A DNA stretch of 64,000 nt from Gammaproteobacteria bacterium (GTDB lineage: Bacteria > Pseudomonadota > Gammaproteobacteria > Eutrophobiales > Eutrophobiaceae): NCBI GenBank assembly GCA_965243205.1, contig CBDEUK010000002.1, positions 1,120,001 to 1,184,000 on the forward strand. The letters are read 5' to 3'. How positions within the stretch are numbered: position 1 is the first letter of the stretch; every line of letters starts with the position of its first letter. Below the pieces are notes generated by a model. It searched no databases. It was not told the DNA's origin and worked only from the letters and a program-made list of their open reading frames with translations. Shown here one piece after another: positions 31,774 to 41,335 of this stretch. The position numbers were made by a program, and so were the translations under genes.

Positions 31774-31949
31774 ATTTTTTAAGTAATTGATTTTAATATA
31801 AATATATCAATTAATTTTGTCTTTAGAATAAAATGCTGCACCACAATAGTTCAAAACTAATAATGCATTGTTCTAATTAAGTGCTACTTGTGATGTGACT
31901 TGTATGGGTAAGCGATATTTTTTATGCAAAAAATTATTATATGGAGAAT

Positions 31950-32222
31950 CTATTTAGCTCGGTCACGTCTGGCCTGTTTTGGATCAATTTTGATCGGTCT
32001 ATAAATTTCTATTCTATCGCCATCGTTTATTGAGTCAGTTAAAGTACGTAGCTCACTAAACACACCGATTTTATTTTTAGTAAGATCAATTTCAGGATAT
32101 TGCTCAAGGATTGTAGATTGTTGAATCGCTTGTTCAATAGTGACTATAGGAAGTGTTAAAGGAATAATGGTTGTTGTATCTTCTGAAGCGTATACAACTT
32201 CTATGGATACTTGCTTATCCAT
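31950..32222 (-). CDS. ratB: RnfH/RatB ubiquitin-like protein
   Basis: IEVVYA, GVFS, GDRIEIYRP...DPKQARR.RA. Confidence 0.92.
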   Translation of the reverse strand: MDKQVSIEVVYASEDTTTIIPLTLPIVTIEQAIQQSTILEQYPEIDLTKNKIGVFSELRTLTDSINDGDRIEIYRPIKIDPKQARRDRAK

Positions 32223-32646
32223 ACAGTTGTTTTGCTCGTTGGATAAATGAGTCTACCAAGGAATCAACAATCTTATTAAACACGGTACTTAGTGCCATCT
32301 TCAATAATGCATTTTTATATTCAAAACTCATATCTAATGTAATTAAACAGCTATTGTCAGCTTTATCTTCGAATAACCAATGCCCAGTTAAATGTTTAAA
32401 CGGCCCTTTGACTAATTTCACATGGATCTCTTTGCCTGGCTTCATTGTGTTCTGAGTTGAAAAGGATTGTTTTATTTTTCCAGCTTGCAAGGTTAATGAA
32501 GCACTCAACTGTTCTTCACCAGGCACAAGAATTTTAGATTGAGTGCACCATGTTAAGAATTGTGGGTATGCCTCTATATCATTTACAAGATCGTACATTT
32601 GCTGTGCGCTATAAGACACAGTCGCGGTTTTATGAATTGTCGTCAC
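32215..32646 (-). CDS. ratA: RatA/PasT (Coq10-like START-domain protein)
   Basis: YSAQQMYDLVNDIEAYPQFL.WC, GPFKHL.G.W.F, F..RA..LYG. Confidence 0.94.
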   Translation of the reverse strand: MTTIHKTATVSYSAQQMYDLVNDIEAYPQFLTWCTQSKILVPGEEQLSASLTLQAGKIKQSFSTQNTMKPGKEIHVKLVKGPFKHLTGHWLFEDKADNSCLITLDMSFEYKNALLKMALSTVFNKIVDSLVDSFIQRAKQLYG

Positions 32647-32684
32647 AATAATAAATTACAAAATAACTGGCTAAGTTTTATTTA

Positions 32685-34049
32685 CTAACTGCCTATAACA
32701 CCTATGGCTTTTAAAAAGACCAGAGTCACACCAATCGGTGCAATAAATTTAACTAATAATTTCCATACATCATAGGCTACATTAGATAATGCTAATTCTT
32801 CTTCTGTTGAATGTTGTTTCATTAACCAGCCAGCAAAAATAGCAACTAATAAACCACCCAATGGTAATAAAACGTTTGATGTCAATTTATCCATAACATC
32901 AAAATATGTCATATCATTAAATTTATATTCTGACCATAGATTAAATGATAAAGCAGAACCTATGCCTAATAACCAAGCAATAACCCCAGCAATAAATGCT
33001 GATTTAAATCGACTGATACCTTTATTCTCAGATAACCATGCCACTGCGGGTTCTAATAATGAAATAGAAGAAGTCCACGCGGCGAATAATAATAAAATAA
33101 AAAATAATGTTCCCAATAACTGACCTATACCCATTTGGCCAAAAGCAATTGGTAACGTTACAAAGATTAATCCTGGTCCCCCTGAAGGTTCTAAGCCATA
33201 TGAAAATACCAAAGGAAAAATGGCTAAGCCTGCAAGTATGGCTACACATGTATCGGCAAACGCAATCGTGATAGAAGTACTGGTAATTGAGGTATTACTA
33301 GGAAGATAAGATCCATACACCATGATGGCTCCCATACCTAAACTCAAACTAAAAAACGCCTGCCCCATAGCAGCTAAGATACTGGTTCCACTAATCTTAC
33401 TAAAATCAGGATTGAACATATAACTCACGCCTTCGAAAAAACCTGGGGTTGATATCGCATAACCAACCATCACCAATAAAAGAATGAATAACGCTGGCAT
33501 TAAAAATTTAACTGCACGTTCTAAACCACTTTTAACACCTAAACTCACCACTAAAGCTGTTAAGAACATGAAAATAGTATGCAAGATTAGTAAAGTTTGA
33601 GGATCTTTTAATAAGGCATCAAATATTTGAGAAATATCTTCCGCACTGACTGAATTGAAACCCACTGTTGCGGTTTGAAAAATATAAAAAATCGTCCAAC
33701 CAGCGACGACACTGTAAAACGATAGAATTAAAAAACCTGCAACCACGCCCATCCAGCCCATCCATGACCAAAGGGGACTTTGATTCTCTTCAGCCGCTAA
33801 AGTCTTCATAGTATTAATTGGGCTTTGTCGACCACGCCGGCCTAATAAAATCTCAGCCATCATGATCGGTATACCAATCAAAGCGACACAGGCTAGATAG
33901 ATCAAAACAAACGCACCGCCGCCGTTTTCTCCAGTGACATAAGGAAATCGCCAGATATTCCCCAAACCAACTGCCGACCCTGTTGCTGCTAGAACAAAAA
34001 CCCATCTGGAGGACCACTGACCGTGAATTGAAGTGCGTTTAGTTGTCAT
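32685..34049 (-). CDS. Sodium-dependent transporter, NSS/SNF family
   Basis: GSAVGLGNIWRFPY, NGGGAF, GQAFFSLSLG, GPGLIF. Confidence 0.95.
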   Translation of the reverse strand: MTTKRTSIHGQWSSRWVFVLAATGSAVGLGNIWRFPYVTGENGGGAFVLIYLACVALIGIPIMMAEILLGRRGRQSPINTMKTLAAEENQSPLWSWMGWMGVVAGFLILSFYSVVAGWTIFYIFQTATVGFNSVSAEDISQIFDALLKDPQTLLILHTIFMFLTALVVSLGVKSGLERAVKFLMPALFILLLVMVGYAISTPGFFEGVSYMFNPDFSKISGTSILAAMGQAFFSLSLGMGAIMVYGSYLPSNTSITSTSITIAFADTCVAILAGLAIFPLVFSYGLEPSGGPGLIFVTLPIAFGQMGIGQLLGTLFFILLLFAAWTSSISLLEPAVAWLSENKGISRFKSAFIAGVIAWLLGIGSALSFNLWSEYKFNDMTYFDVMDKLTSNVLLPLGGLLVAIFAGWLMKQHSTEEELALSNVAYDVWKLLVKFIAPIGVTLVFLKAIGVIGS

Positions 34050-34123
34050 CTTGGTGCATTCTCATCGTTTTCTGCCATTTTGTGATAAATCCCCCCCCGC
34101 CTCAAGTATCGAAGTGAATTATT

Positions 34124-34150
34124 TCAGAACTCAGACCAATTAGCCGATAA
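34124..34150 (+). promoter_or_regulatory. sigma28 (FliA)-like promoter of the kinase-HDOD gene
   Basis: TCAG-N15-GCCGATAA (perfect -10). Confidence 0.7.
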
Positions 34151-34192
34151 CCATTAATTACATTAAAAAACTGCGGGATTTTTTTCTTCCTA

Positions 34193-36562
34193 ATGACAAG
34201 CTCTAACGCATTCGATATGACCACTAGCAATACATCCGCTTTTATTGGGCGGTTTGAGTTGCTCAAAAAACTTGGTCAGGGAGCACAAGGTGTTGTTTAT
34301 CATGCAAACGATACTCAATTGCAACGAGAAGTTGCCATCAAGTTACTAAACAAGATCCATAAAGATTCAAAAATAATTCAAGAAGCGCGCAATGTCAGTA
34401 ATCTCAAACATAAAAATATTGTACAGCTCTATGAAATTGGCGTTCATGATGAAAAACCATACTTAGTCTATGAATATGAGAAAGGTGAATCTCTCAAAAA
34501 ATTTATAGAGCGTCATGAAAAACTAAAGCCTTTAGATGCAGTCAAGATCATCACTCAATTATTATCTGGTTTACAATTTGCGCATACTAATCAGATCGTA
34601 CATCGTGATATCAATCCAGCAAATATCTTAATTGACCAGAATCATAAAATAAAAATTATGGATTTTGGTATATCGCAACCTGTTGGAACAGAAACTTCAA
34701 CCAATGAAATAATAGGTACTGTTAATTACTTAGCACCAGAATTACTTTCAGGAAATAATATTTCACCCAGTGTGGATATATTTTCTACTGGTCTCATTTT
34801 ATATGAACTTCTTACTGGTAGAATGGTATTTGCAGCTGAAAATTCGATGGCTGTGATGTACAAAATCAGTCATGAAACTATCTCCCCACCAACAAAGTTC
34901 AACAAAAACCTCAGCAGTAAACTCAATCAGATTGTTGTCAAATCATTACAAAGAGATTTATCACAACGTTATGATTCTGCAGAATCGATGTTAAATGATT
35001 TAAATGCCTACATTGGAAGTTTTGAAACCGCTAAGGAATCTGAAACTTTAAACGGCTCAAATAATAGTACGATTGAATTTCTATTACGCAGGATGAAACG
35101 CAAACAGGATTTTCCTGCTATTTCAAAAAATATTTCTGAAATAAATAGTAAATCATCAATTGATGGTATGTCTTCGGCAAATGAACTATCAAATATTATT
35201 TTAGAAGATTATGCATTAACGACGAAGATATTACGTGCTGTCAACTCATCGTACTACGGCCAATTTGGCGGAGAGATTACTACGATATCCAGAGCCATTA
35301 TTATATTGGGATTTGAGCAAGTTCGATCCGCGGCATTAAGTATCATTTTGTTTGAACATCTGAAAGATGCAAAACAAGCGAATACAATAAAAAAAGAAAT
35401 TTACTGTTCGTTGATGAGCGCCATCATCGCACGTGAACATGCAAAGGATATGAATCTTAGTGGAAATGAAATTATAGAAACGGCCTTCATTGCTTCGATG
35501 TTTCATGAACTAGGAAAATTATTAACGATCTTTTATTTCGATGATGAATTCAATGAAATACAAAACCTCATTTCAACTCAAGGACTGGATGAGTTAAAAG
35601 CTTGTAAGAATATTTTGGGTGTCTCCTATTCCGAATTAGGCAAGGGAATTGCGAAAGAATGGCAGTTACCAGATGTAATTTCACAATCAATGGTAAAACT
35701 ACCGACTGGAAAGATTAAACCCGCTGAAGATAATGATACATTGATCAGACAACTCACTTGCTTTTCCAATGAACTTTGCCAAATTGGTATTTCTGAAAAT
35801 GATCAAGATGATGCTATTAAAAAACTAATTACCCGATACGCGAAAATTTTAGACATCAATAAAAATAAAATCGAAACACTCATAACCAACTCAACAAATG
35901 AACTCAATGAGTTTGTCAGAAATATCAATTTAAACGTCAGTGATATTTCATTTTTTGATAAGAAATCTAACTCTATTACTCATAACAAGAATGATATTAG
36001 TAATAGTGATAAGTTAGGTATCGAAGACAATAAATCCAATGAAAATAAACAAGACATATTAGTGAATGGTATCGCTGAAATCACTAATGCTATGTTGGGC
36101 GATTACCAAGTCAATAACATATTAACCATGGTTTTAGAAACGATCTATCGAGGCATGGCTTTCAATCGAGTGATGTTTTGTTTGTTTGATCCAAAAAAAT
36201 CAAAACTCATTGCAAGGTTTGGTTATGGGAAATCAATTAATGATCTAATACCTAAATTTCAACTGCCAGTATCTAAAGATAGCTCTGACGTTATTCACCA
36301 ATCCTGTATAAAAGGCAAAGAGTTTATTATTTTAGATGTTAATGATAATGAATATAAAAACAAGATTACAAATGATCTGAAGAAATTAACAAATCCAATA
36401 ACACTCGTGCTCTACCCGCTAATAGTTAACAAACGAGTACTAGGTGTCATCTACGCTGATATGGATGACGTCACGACAAAAATATCACTAGACGCATTAA
36501 AGTTTTTTAAGACTTTACGCAATCAAGCAGCCTTAGCAATATTTCAAAAACAAGCCAAATAA
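34193..36562 (+). CDS. Ser/Thr protein kinase fused to HDOD and GAF-like domains
   Basis: GQGAQG, VAIK, HRDINPAN, DFG, YLAPE; HDOD (FPAIS, D..LTTKILRAVNSSYY, HELGKL); C-terminal GAF-like; start may be 34217. Confidence 0.88.
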   Translation: MTSSNAFDMTTSNTSAFIGRFELLKKLGQGAQGVVYHANDTQLQREVAIKLLNKIHKDSKIIQEARNVSNLKHKNIVQLYEIGVHDEKPYLVYEYEKGESLKKFIERHEKLKPLDAVKIITQLLSGLQFAHTNQIVHRDINPANILIDQNHKIKIMDFGISQPVGTETSTNEIIGTVNYLAPELLSGNNISPSVDIFSTGLILYELLTGRMVFAAENSMAVMYKISHETISPPTKFNKNLSSKLNQIVVKSLQRDLSQRYDSAESMLNDLNAYIGSFETAKESETLNGSNNSTIEFLLRRMKRKQDFPAISKNISEINSKSSIDGMSSANELSNIILEDYALTTKILRAVNSSYYGQFGGEITTISRAIIILGFEQVRSAALSIILFEHLKDAKQANTIKKEIYCSLMSAIIAREHAKDMNLSGNEIIETAFIASMFHELGKLLTIFYFDDEFNEIQNLISTQGLDELKACKNILGVSYSELGKGIAKEWQLPDVISQSMVKLPTGKIKPAEDNDTLIRQLTCFSNELCQIGISENDQDDAIKKLITRYAKILDINKNKIETLITNSTNELNEFVRNINLNVSDISFFDKKSNSITHNKNDISNSDKLGIEDNKSNENKQDILVNGIAEITNAMLGDYQVNNILTMVLETIYRGMAFNRVMFCLFDPKKSKLIARFGYGKSINDLIPKFQLPVSKDSSDVIHQSCIKGKEFIILDVNDNEYKNKITNDLKKLTNPITLVLYPLIVNKRVLGVIYADMDDVTTKISLDALKFFKTLRNQAALAIFQKQAK

Positions 36563-36638
36563 ATTCTATAAATAAAGCTCCCCTTTAGCACTAACAATCC
36601 TGATATAATAGTGCGTTTAATTGTTCCGTAAGATTCGC

Positions 36639-37118
36639 ATGGCCAAAAAACCGAAACAAAAAAAACCGGCTGACAATACGATTGCCCTAAATAAAAAAGC
36701 CAAACACGATTACCAATTAGAGGATCGCTTTGAGGCTGGCTTGGCCTTGGAAGGCTGGGAGGTAAAAAGCCTGCGTGCTGGTAAAGTGCAAATGCGCGAT
36801 AGTTATATCTTATTGCAAAATGGCGAAGCGTATTTATTCGGCACTTTGATCACACCTTTACCGACCGTCTCGACACATATCAAGCCTGATTCGCAACGCA
36901 ATCGAAAATTATTATTGCATCGTACTGAATTAAATCGATTGATTGGCGCAGTAGAACGCAAAGGCTACACCATTGTACCGACTGCACTTTACTGGAAGAA
37001 CGGTAAAGTAAAATTGGAAGTCGCCTTAGCGAAAGGCAAACAAGCTCACGACAAACGTCAAAGCGAAAAAGACCGTGATTGGCAACGCCAAAAATCCAGG
37101 ATTATGAAGTCTGGTTAA
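36639..37118 (+). CDS. smpB: SsrA-binding protein SmpB
   Basis: [40 protein letters not shown]; ATG at 36639. Confidence 0.98.
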   Translation: MAKKPKQKKPADNTIALNKKAKHDYQLEDRFEAGLALEGWEVKSLRAGKVQMRDSYILLQNGEAYLFGTLITPLPTVSTHIKPDSQRNRKLLLHRTELNRLIGAVERKGYTIVPTALYWKNGKVKLEVALAKGKQAHDKRQSEKDRDWQRQKSRIMKSG

Positions 37119-37211
37119 CTCATTAAAACCATAGACTTCTAGTGAACTTAACCTATACTACTTTTCTCTAATATAAATATATGCAGGAAGCATATAGATC
37201 TTCAGAGTTTT

Positions 37212-37576
37212 GGGGGCGTACTTGGCTTCGACGTGGATTACAAAACCTGAGGGGCATGCCGAGGATGCAGAAACCCTCGTTAATCATATCTGTAACTTTA
37301 TAGTTGCCAACGATGACAACTACGCTCTAGCTGCTTAATAACCAGTCTTAGTGCCGTCTGCCCGAAGTGTGCTTGTGCGCTCGGTTCCAGGCGTCGACTC
37401 ACACAAGATCGCGATGAAGTTTGTCCGAGGTGGATTCGCTAAACTTTTTTCGGAATCGCTAGCAGTCTTCCCTGCCGTTCGGGTAGCTGTTAGTTAAACT
37501 TAAAGAGTCGGCTAAGCATGTAGAACCGAAGGCGGAGAATTTGCGGACGCGGGTTCAACTCCCGCCGCCTCCACCA
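37212..37576 (+). ncRNA. ssrA: tmRNA
   Basis: 5' GGGGGCG pairs with CGCCTCC-ACCA (G3.U70), T-loop GGTTCAACTCC, tag ANDDNYALAA* at 37306-37338. Confidence 0.97.
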
Positions 37577-37581
37577 AAAAT

Positions 37582-37603
37582 AAAAGCCACATAAAGTGGC
37601 TTT
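37582..37603 (+). terminator. ssrA terminator
   Basis: aaagccac-ataaa-gtggctttt. Confidence 0.8.
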
Positions 37604-37963
37604 TGTCTATATATGACATGGAGTTTCACTTCGGGAAAAATTATGTACAAAAACAGGGAACTAATCCTATTCAGAATATATTCATTTAGGCAGATACTTA
37701 CTATTAGAGTCTTTTTGGTTCTAAAGGAATACTCAAGGAATCTCTCAATTGTTTGTTTGAAACCATTAAGGAGCGATATAGGAGATGGGTTTCAAGCAAA
37801 CACTTAACAATTATCCCCTTCCCTAACTAAGACTATTATTTTTAATGGTTCCTTTTAAAAACTATTAGACCAAATAAATCATGAGTCAGGAATCAAATGG
37901 CTGCTGGAATTGATATTGGAGAAGCTTCTCTAATCTAATTAATGGACTTATTACCCATTCAAC

Positions 37964-37993
37964 AAAAAAGCCTGGATAAACACCAGGCTTTTT
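37964..37993 (-). terminator. Terminator of the first VPLPA-CTERM gene
   Basis: aaaaagcctgg-N7-ccaggcttttt. Confidence 0.8.
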
Positions 37994-38018
37994 ATTTTCT
38001 AAAATAAACTTTTTAAAT

Positions 38019-38765
38019 TTATTTTTTTCTAGATACGCCTATCAAACCAAACAGAGCACTACCTAATAACCAAATCGCTGGTGGAAGAGGTACTTCTGAA
38101 GTTGTATAGAAAATACCTGATTGATTGCCTGTACCACCTGACGCAAAAACAAAACTTTCAGTGCCAATAAATAATTTATCCCAATTACTTGGCAATAGAG
38201 GTAATAAATAAGCAAACTGACCAATCACATCTGCAGCACCTGCAAATATAACACTAGGATCTTCACCATTATTTAGAAAGTTATAATTACCCGTCAATGT
38301 AAATACATCATTACCAGCAATACTTGATGTATTAATAATCATAGAAGATGAAGCAGAATTATTAGCAGCTAAAGTTATGGTACTTGTACCAGATGATGAT
38401 AACGTTTCTTGTACTTGTATGCCAAGTACTGGAGCAGGAACACTAAAATCATTCAGTAACACATCTGCATTTAAACTAGTTAATGTATTCACCCCAATTT
38501 GAACAGGACCACTCGTTTCAAATGAACCGACTACAGATCCAAATAAAACTGGCCCATTAAAAAGAAAGTTTGTTGCTCCACCTTGAGGATTAAACCCTGT
38601 AAACCCAGGAGGAATCACAGAAAAATCATCCGCTGTATTCCATAATAAATCAGGTCCATTAAGTATGCCTGATAGCGAGGGCGACTCTAAGTAATTAAAT
38701 GTTGCTGCGTTTAGGTTTACTGAACCAGTTAACATACAAAAGATAATAGCAAAATGCTTCATCAT
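38019..38765 (-). CDS. Secreted protein with VPLPA-CTERM (PEP-CTERM-like) sorting signal
   Basis: Signal peptide; C-terminal VPLPPAIWLLGSALFGLIGVSRKK. Confidence 0.85.
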   Translation of the reverse strand: MMKHFAIIFCMLTGSVNLNAATFNYLESPSLSGILNGPDLLWNTADDFSVIPPGFTGFNPQGGATNFLFNGPVLFGSVVGSFETSGPVQIGVNTLTSLNADVLLNDFSVPAPVLGIQVQETLSSSGTSTITLAANNSASSSMIINTSSIAGNDVFTLTGNYNFLNNGEDPSVIFAGAADVIGQFAYLLPLLPSNWDKLFIGTESFVFASGGTGNQSGIFYTTSEVPLPPAIWLLGSALFGLIGVSRKK

Positions 38766-39222
38766 GATTTCATCTCCTAAAAAGATTGTTTATGTATTAA
38801 TTTGTTTATCGAAAACTAATACAAACCAACTTCAATTAGTTTTACGAAAAATGAAAAAATTTGAAAATATTAAAATATTTCACTTCTAAAATTGTTTGCT
38901 ATCAATCCAAACAAATCCTAGAGTGAAAAAGAATGAAGTGTAATTTTGAAATTTATCTATAGCGTTAGATTTACTACAGAATGTTTATAATATAATGACA
39001 ATAATTATTCTAAATATTTGTTATTAAAACAAGATTTAAAGATTAATTTTTTGTATTTTTCTGCTAAATAATAGTTTAAATGTGAACACTGCAACATTTT
39101 TTATAGAAAATAGTCATTTATTGTAAAAACCTGCTATTTCTAAATAATAAGATCCATATGTCTATTGATATCTTTTTTAATCTATAAATAATTAGAGCTA
39201 TTAAAAGAATATATAAAAATAA

Positions 39223-39990
39223 GTGAAAAAAACCTATCCGCTAAATAGACAAATATATCTATGGAAAGACAAATCAATATGCCTCGGCCCTTCAAAAACA
39301 GTCGAACCTAGACATTATGGTGCCGCAGCCATTCATATAGGTATTTATTCGCCATTTGAGATTATTATAGGTGATAAACATTCTATGGTTTCCCAATGTG
39401 CTTATGTACCCGTTAACACACAACATCGATTAATAATGAATGGAGCGGTACAAGGAAAGTTTTTTATCGAGAGAGATAACCCTTATTATCAATTGATATT
39501 GGATCAGTTACCAATCATTCCAGGAAAGATTTCTTGCTTTCATAATAAAAAGTTAATTGAGTTTACTCAGTGGATTTATGAAGAAAACCCTAGCAAAAAA
39601 TCGATTGATGAATACATGGCTCTTTTATTTAATTTCCCAGAGTTAAGCGGCTCTAATATTGATGGGCGAATTCATAAAGTCATTGAATTAACGAATTCTG
39701 AAGCGCACAGAAATTTATCTCAAGAGTATTTAGCAAACATGTTAAATATATCATCATCTCGTTTCTTGCATCTGTTTAAAGAAAACACGGACATGACATA
39801 TAGACGATATAGAATATGGAGACGAATACAAAAAGCGATGATGATTTACTATAAAACTGAAAATCTAACAAAAGCGGCATTGGAATCAGGCTTTACTGAT
39901 GTCAGTCATTTCAGTAAAGCATTTAAAAGTACTTATGGAGTTAATCCTGCTTTAGTCTTTAAAAAAATATCAACGTTTGAATTAGCATAA
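39223..39990 (+). CDS. AraC-family transcriptional regulator
   Basis: LA..LNISSSRFLHLFKE, AALESGFTDVSHFSKAFK..YG..P. Confidence 0.92.
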   Translation: MKKTYPLNRQIYLWKDKSICLGPSKTVEPRHYGAAAIHIGIYSPFEIIIGDKHSMVSQCAYVPVNTQHRLIMNGAVQGKFFIERDNPYYQLILDQLPIIPGKISCFHNKKLIEFTQWIYEENPSKKSIDEYMALLFNFPELSGSNIDGRIHKVIELTNSEAHRNLSQEYLANMLNISSSRFLHLFKENTDMTYRRYRIWRRIQKAMMIYYKTENLTKAALESGFTDVSHFSKAFKSTYGVNPALVFKKISTFELA

Positions 39991-40010
39991 ATAAGATTAG
40001 AAAGTAGTAT

Positions 40011-41036
40011 TTAATGTTTTCTTTTAACCCCTAAGAGACCAAGTAAAGTCGTACCAAGTAACCAAATAGTAGCGGGCAAAGGAACTGGCGCAGCCATGAA
40101 TGGTTGATATGAAATATCTGAATCATCAAACAAGAGCGCTTGTCCAGCTACAATCTGTCCAAATACACCCGCGGAAGTAGGATCAGTAGCCCTTTCAGCA
40201 ATTGCATCAGCGGCTGTAACTTCAGTTGTGTTAGCAGCGCTGTTGTCATCATAAGTATGAAAATGATTACCTTGGATGGTTACGTCTCGTCCAACGGCTA
40301 ATAATGTGCCCTGAAAAATACTGTGGCTATTTACAGAAGAATTATCGTCAATAATAGTAGCTGATCCAACATTGCCTAAAACATTAAATAAAACTTCGCT
40401 AGCAGTGATGTCACCAGTAAGTTCAATGATTGAAGTATTAATATTGAATTCATGTTGATCAGAAATATTAAATACAAAAAAATCACCAACACCGCCATCC
40501 AAGACTAATCTAGCACCACTATTTAAAATAAAACCATCGGTAACATTGTAAACAGTTCCTAAACCACCTGATGCGGTTAAGGTTAATGTTGTGCCATTTT
40601 CATTAACGGCAACATCTGTTCCAGATTGGCCCGCCCAATATGAAGAAAGCGCTCTGGCATCAGCAGCGATCGTTTCAAAGGTAGTCGAATCTAAAGTGTT
40701 TTGTGATGCAACTTGTGAGGAACTTATATCATTTGAAACACCACTTTCTCTATCAAAGGAACCTGTTACTCTAGAGGAAGAAATTTTATTCAGTTCAGGT
40801 TTGCCATCGACACCTTTCAGTGTGCTTCCAAAAACAGTACTGTTTGATGTGATTTCCAGTTTATCACCTACCCCACTACCAGGATTAGACGTAGTATCAC
40901 CTCCATCATCACCTAGTTGGATTAAAGCATATGGTTTTCCCGCGCCGAGACTTAGTGTCGCACTTTGAACTGGTAATGAAACTGTCAATATAAGAAGTGC
41001 AATTAAGCAATAAGTTGATTTGAAACAGTTATTCAT
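40011..41036 (-). CDS. Secreted choice-of-anchor-A / ice-binding-like (DUF3494) beta-solenoid protein with VPLPA-CTERM
   Basis: Signal peptide; FVFNI, VLFNV, FQGTLLA motifs; C-terminal PVPLPATIWLLGTTLLGLLGVKRKH. Confidence 0.7.
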   Translation of the reverse strand: MNNCFKSTYCLIALLILTVSLPVQSATLSLGAGKPYALIQLGDDGGDTTSNPGSGVGDKLEITSNSTVFGSTLKGVDGKPELNKISSSRVTGSFDRESGVSNDISSSQVASQNTLDSTTFETIAADARALSSYWAGQSGTDVAVNENGTTLTLTASGGLGTVYNVTDGFILNSGARLVLDGGVGDFFVFNISDQHEFNINTSIIELTGDITASEVLFNVLGNVGSATIIDDNSSVNSHSIFQGTLLAVGRDVTIQGNHFHTYDDNSAANTTEVTAADAIAERATDPTSAGVFGQIVAGQALLFDDSDISYQPFMAAPVPLPATIWLLGTTLLGLLGVKRKH

Positions 41037-41335
41037 GAGCTTTCCCCACAGCCACTATATATAACTAAACTACTATCTAAATTCGTTTATTTAAGAAAAT
41101 AGTACCTATTCTATATTACGCATGGATTAAATAAATAAGACAAATTCCTAAATTTGAGCATTTGAAAATGTTCGTTTGATAGCTAAAAACTATTGTTTTT
41201 TCGTTATAATTTAATAAACAAAGAGTTAGAAGACATAGCAAATTTTATTATCTAACAAATTATTAATTCGGCACTTCACTATTATATTCGCTAAAATACT
41301 TCTAAGTTGTATGAATTATTCTGGGGAGAATAAGT

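Noticed and set aside
36585-36592. TTAGCACT CIRCE half-site upstream of smpB
   Set aside because: No second arm at N9; more likely part of the sigma70 promoter (TATAAT follows)
37613-37807. 64-aa ORF after tmRNA
   Set aside because: No RBS or recognisable motif; not called
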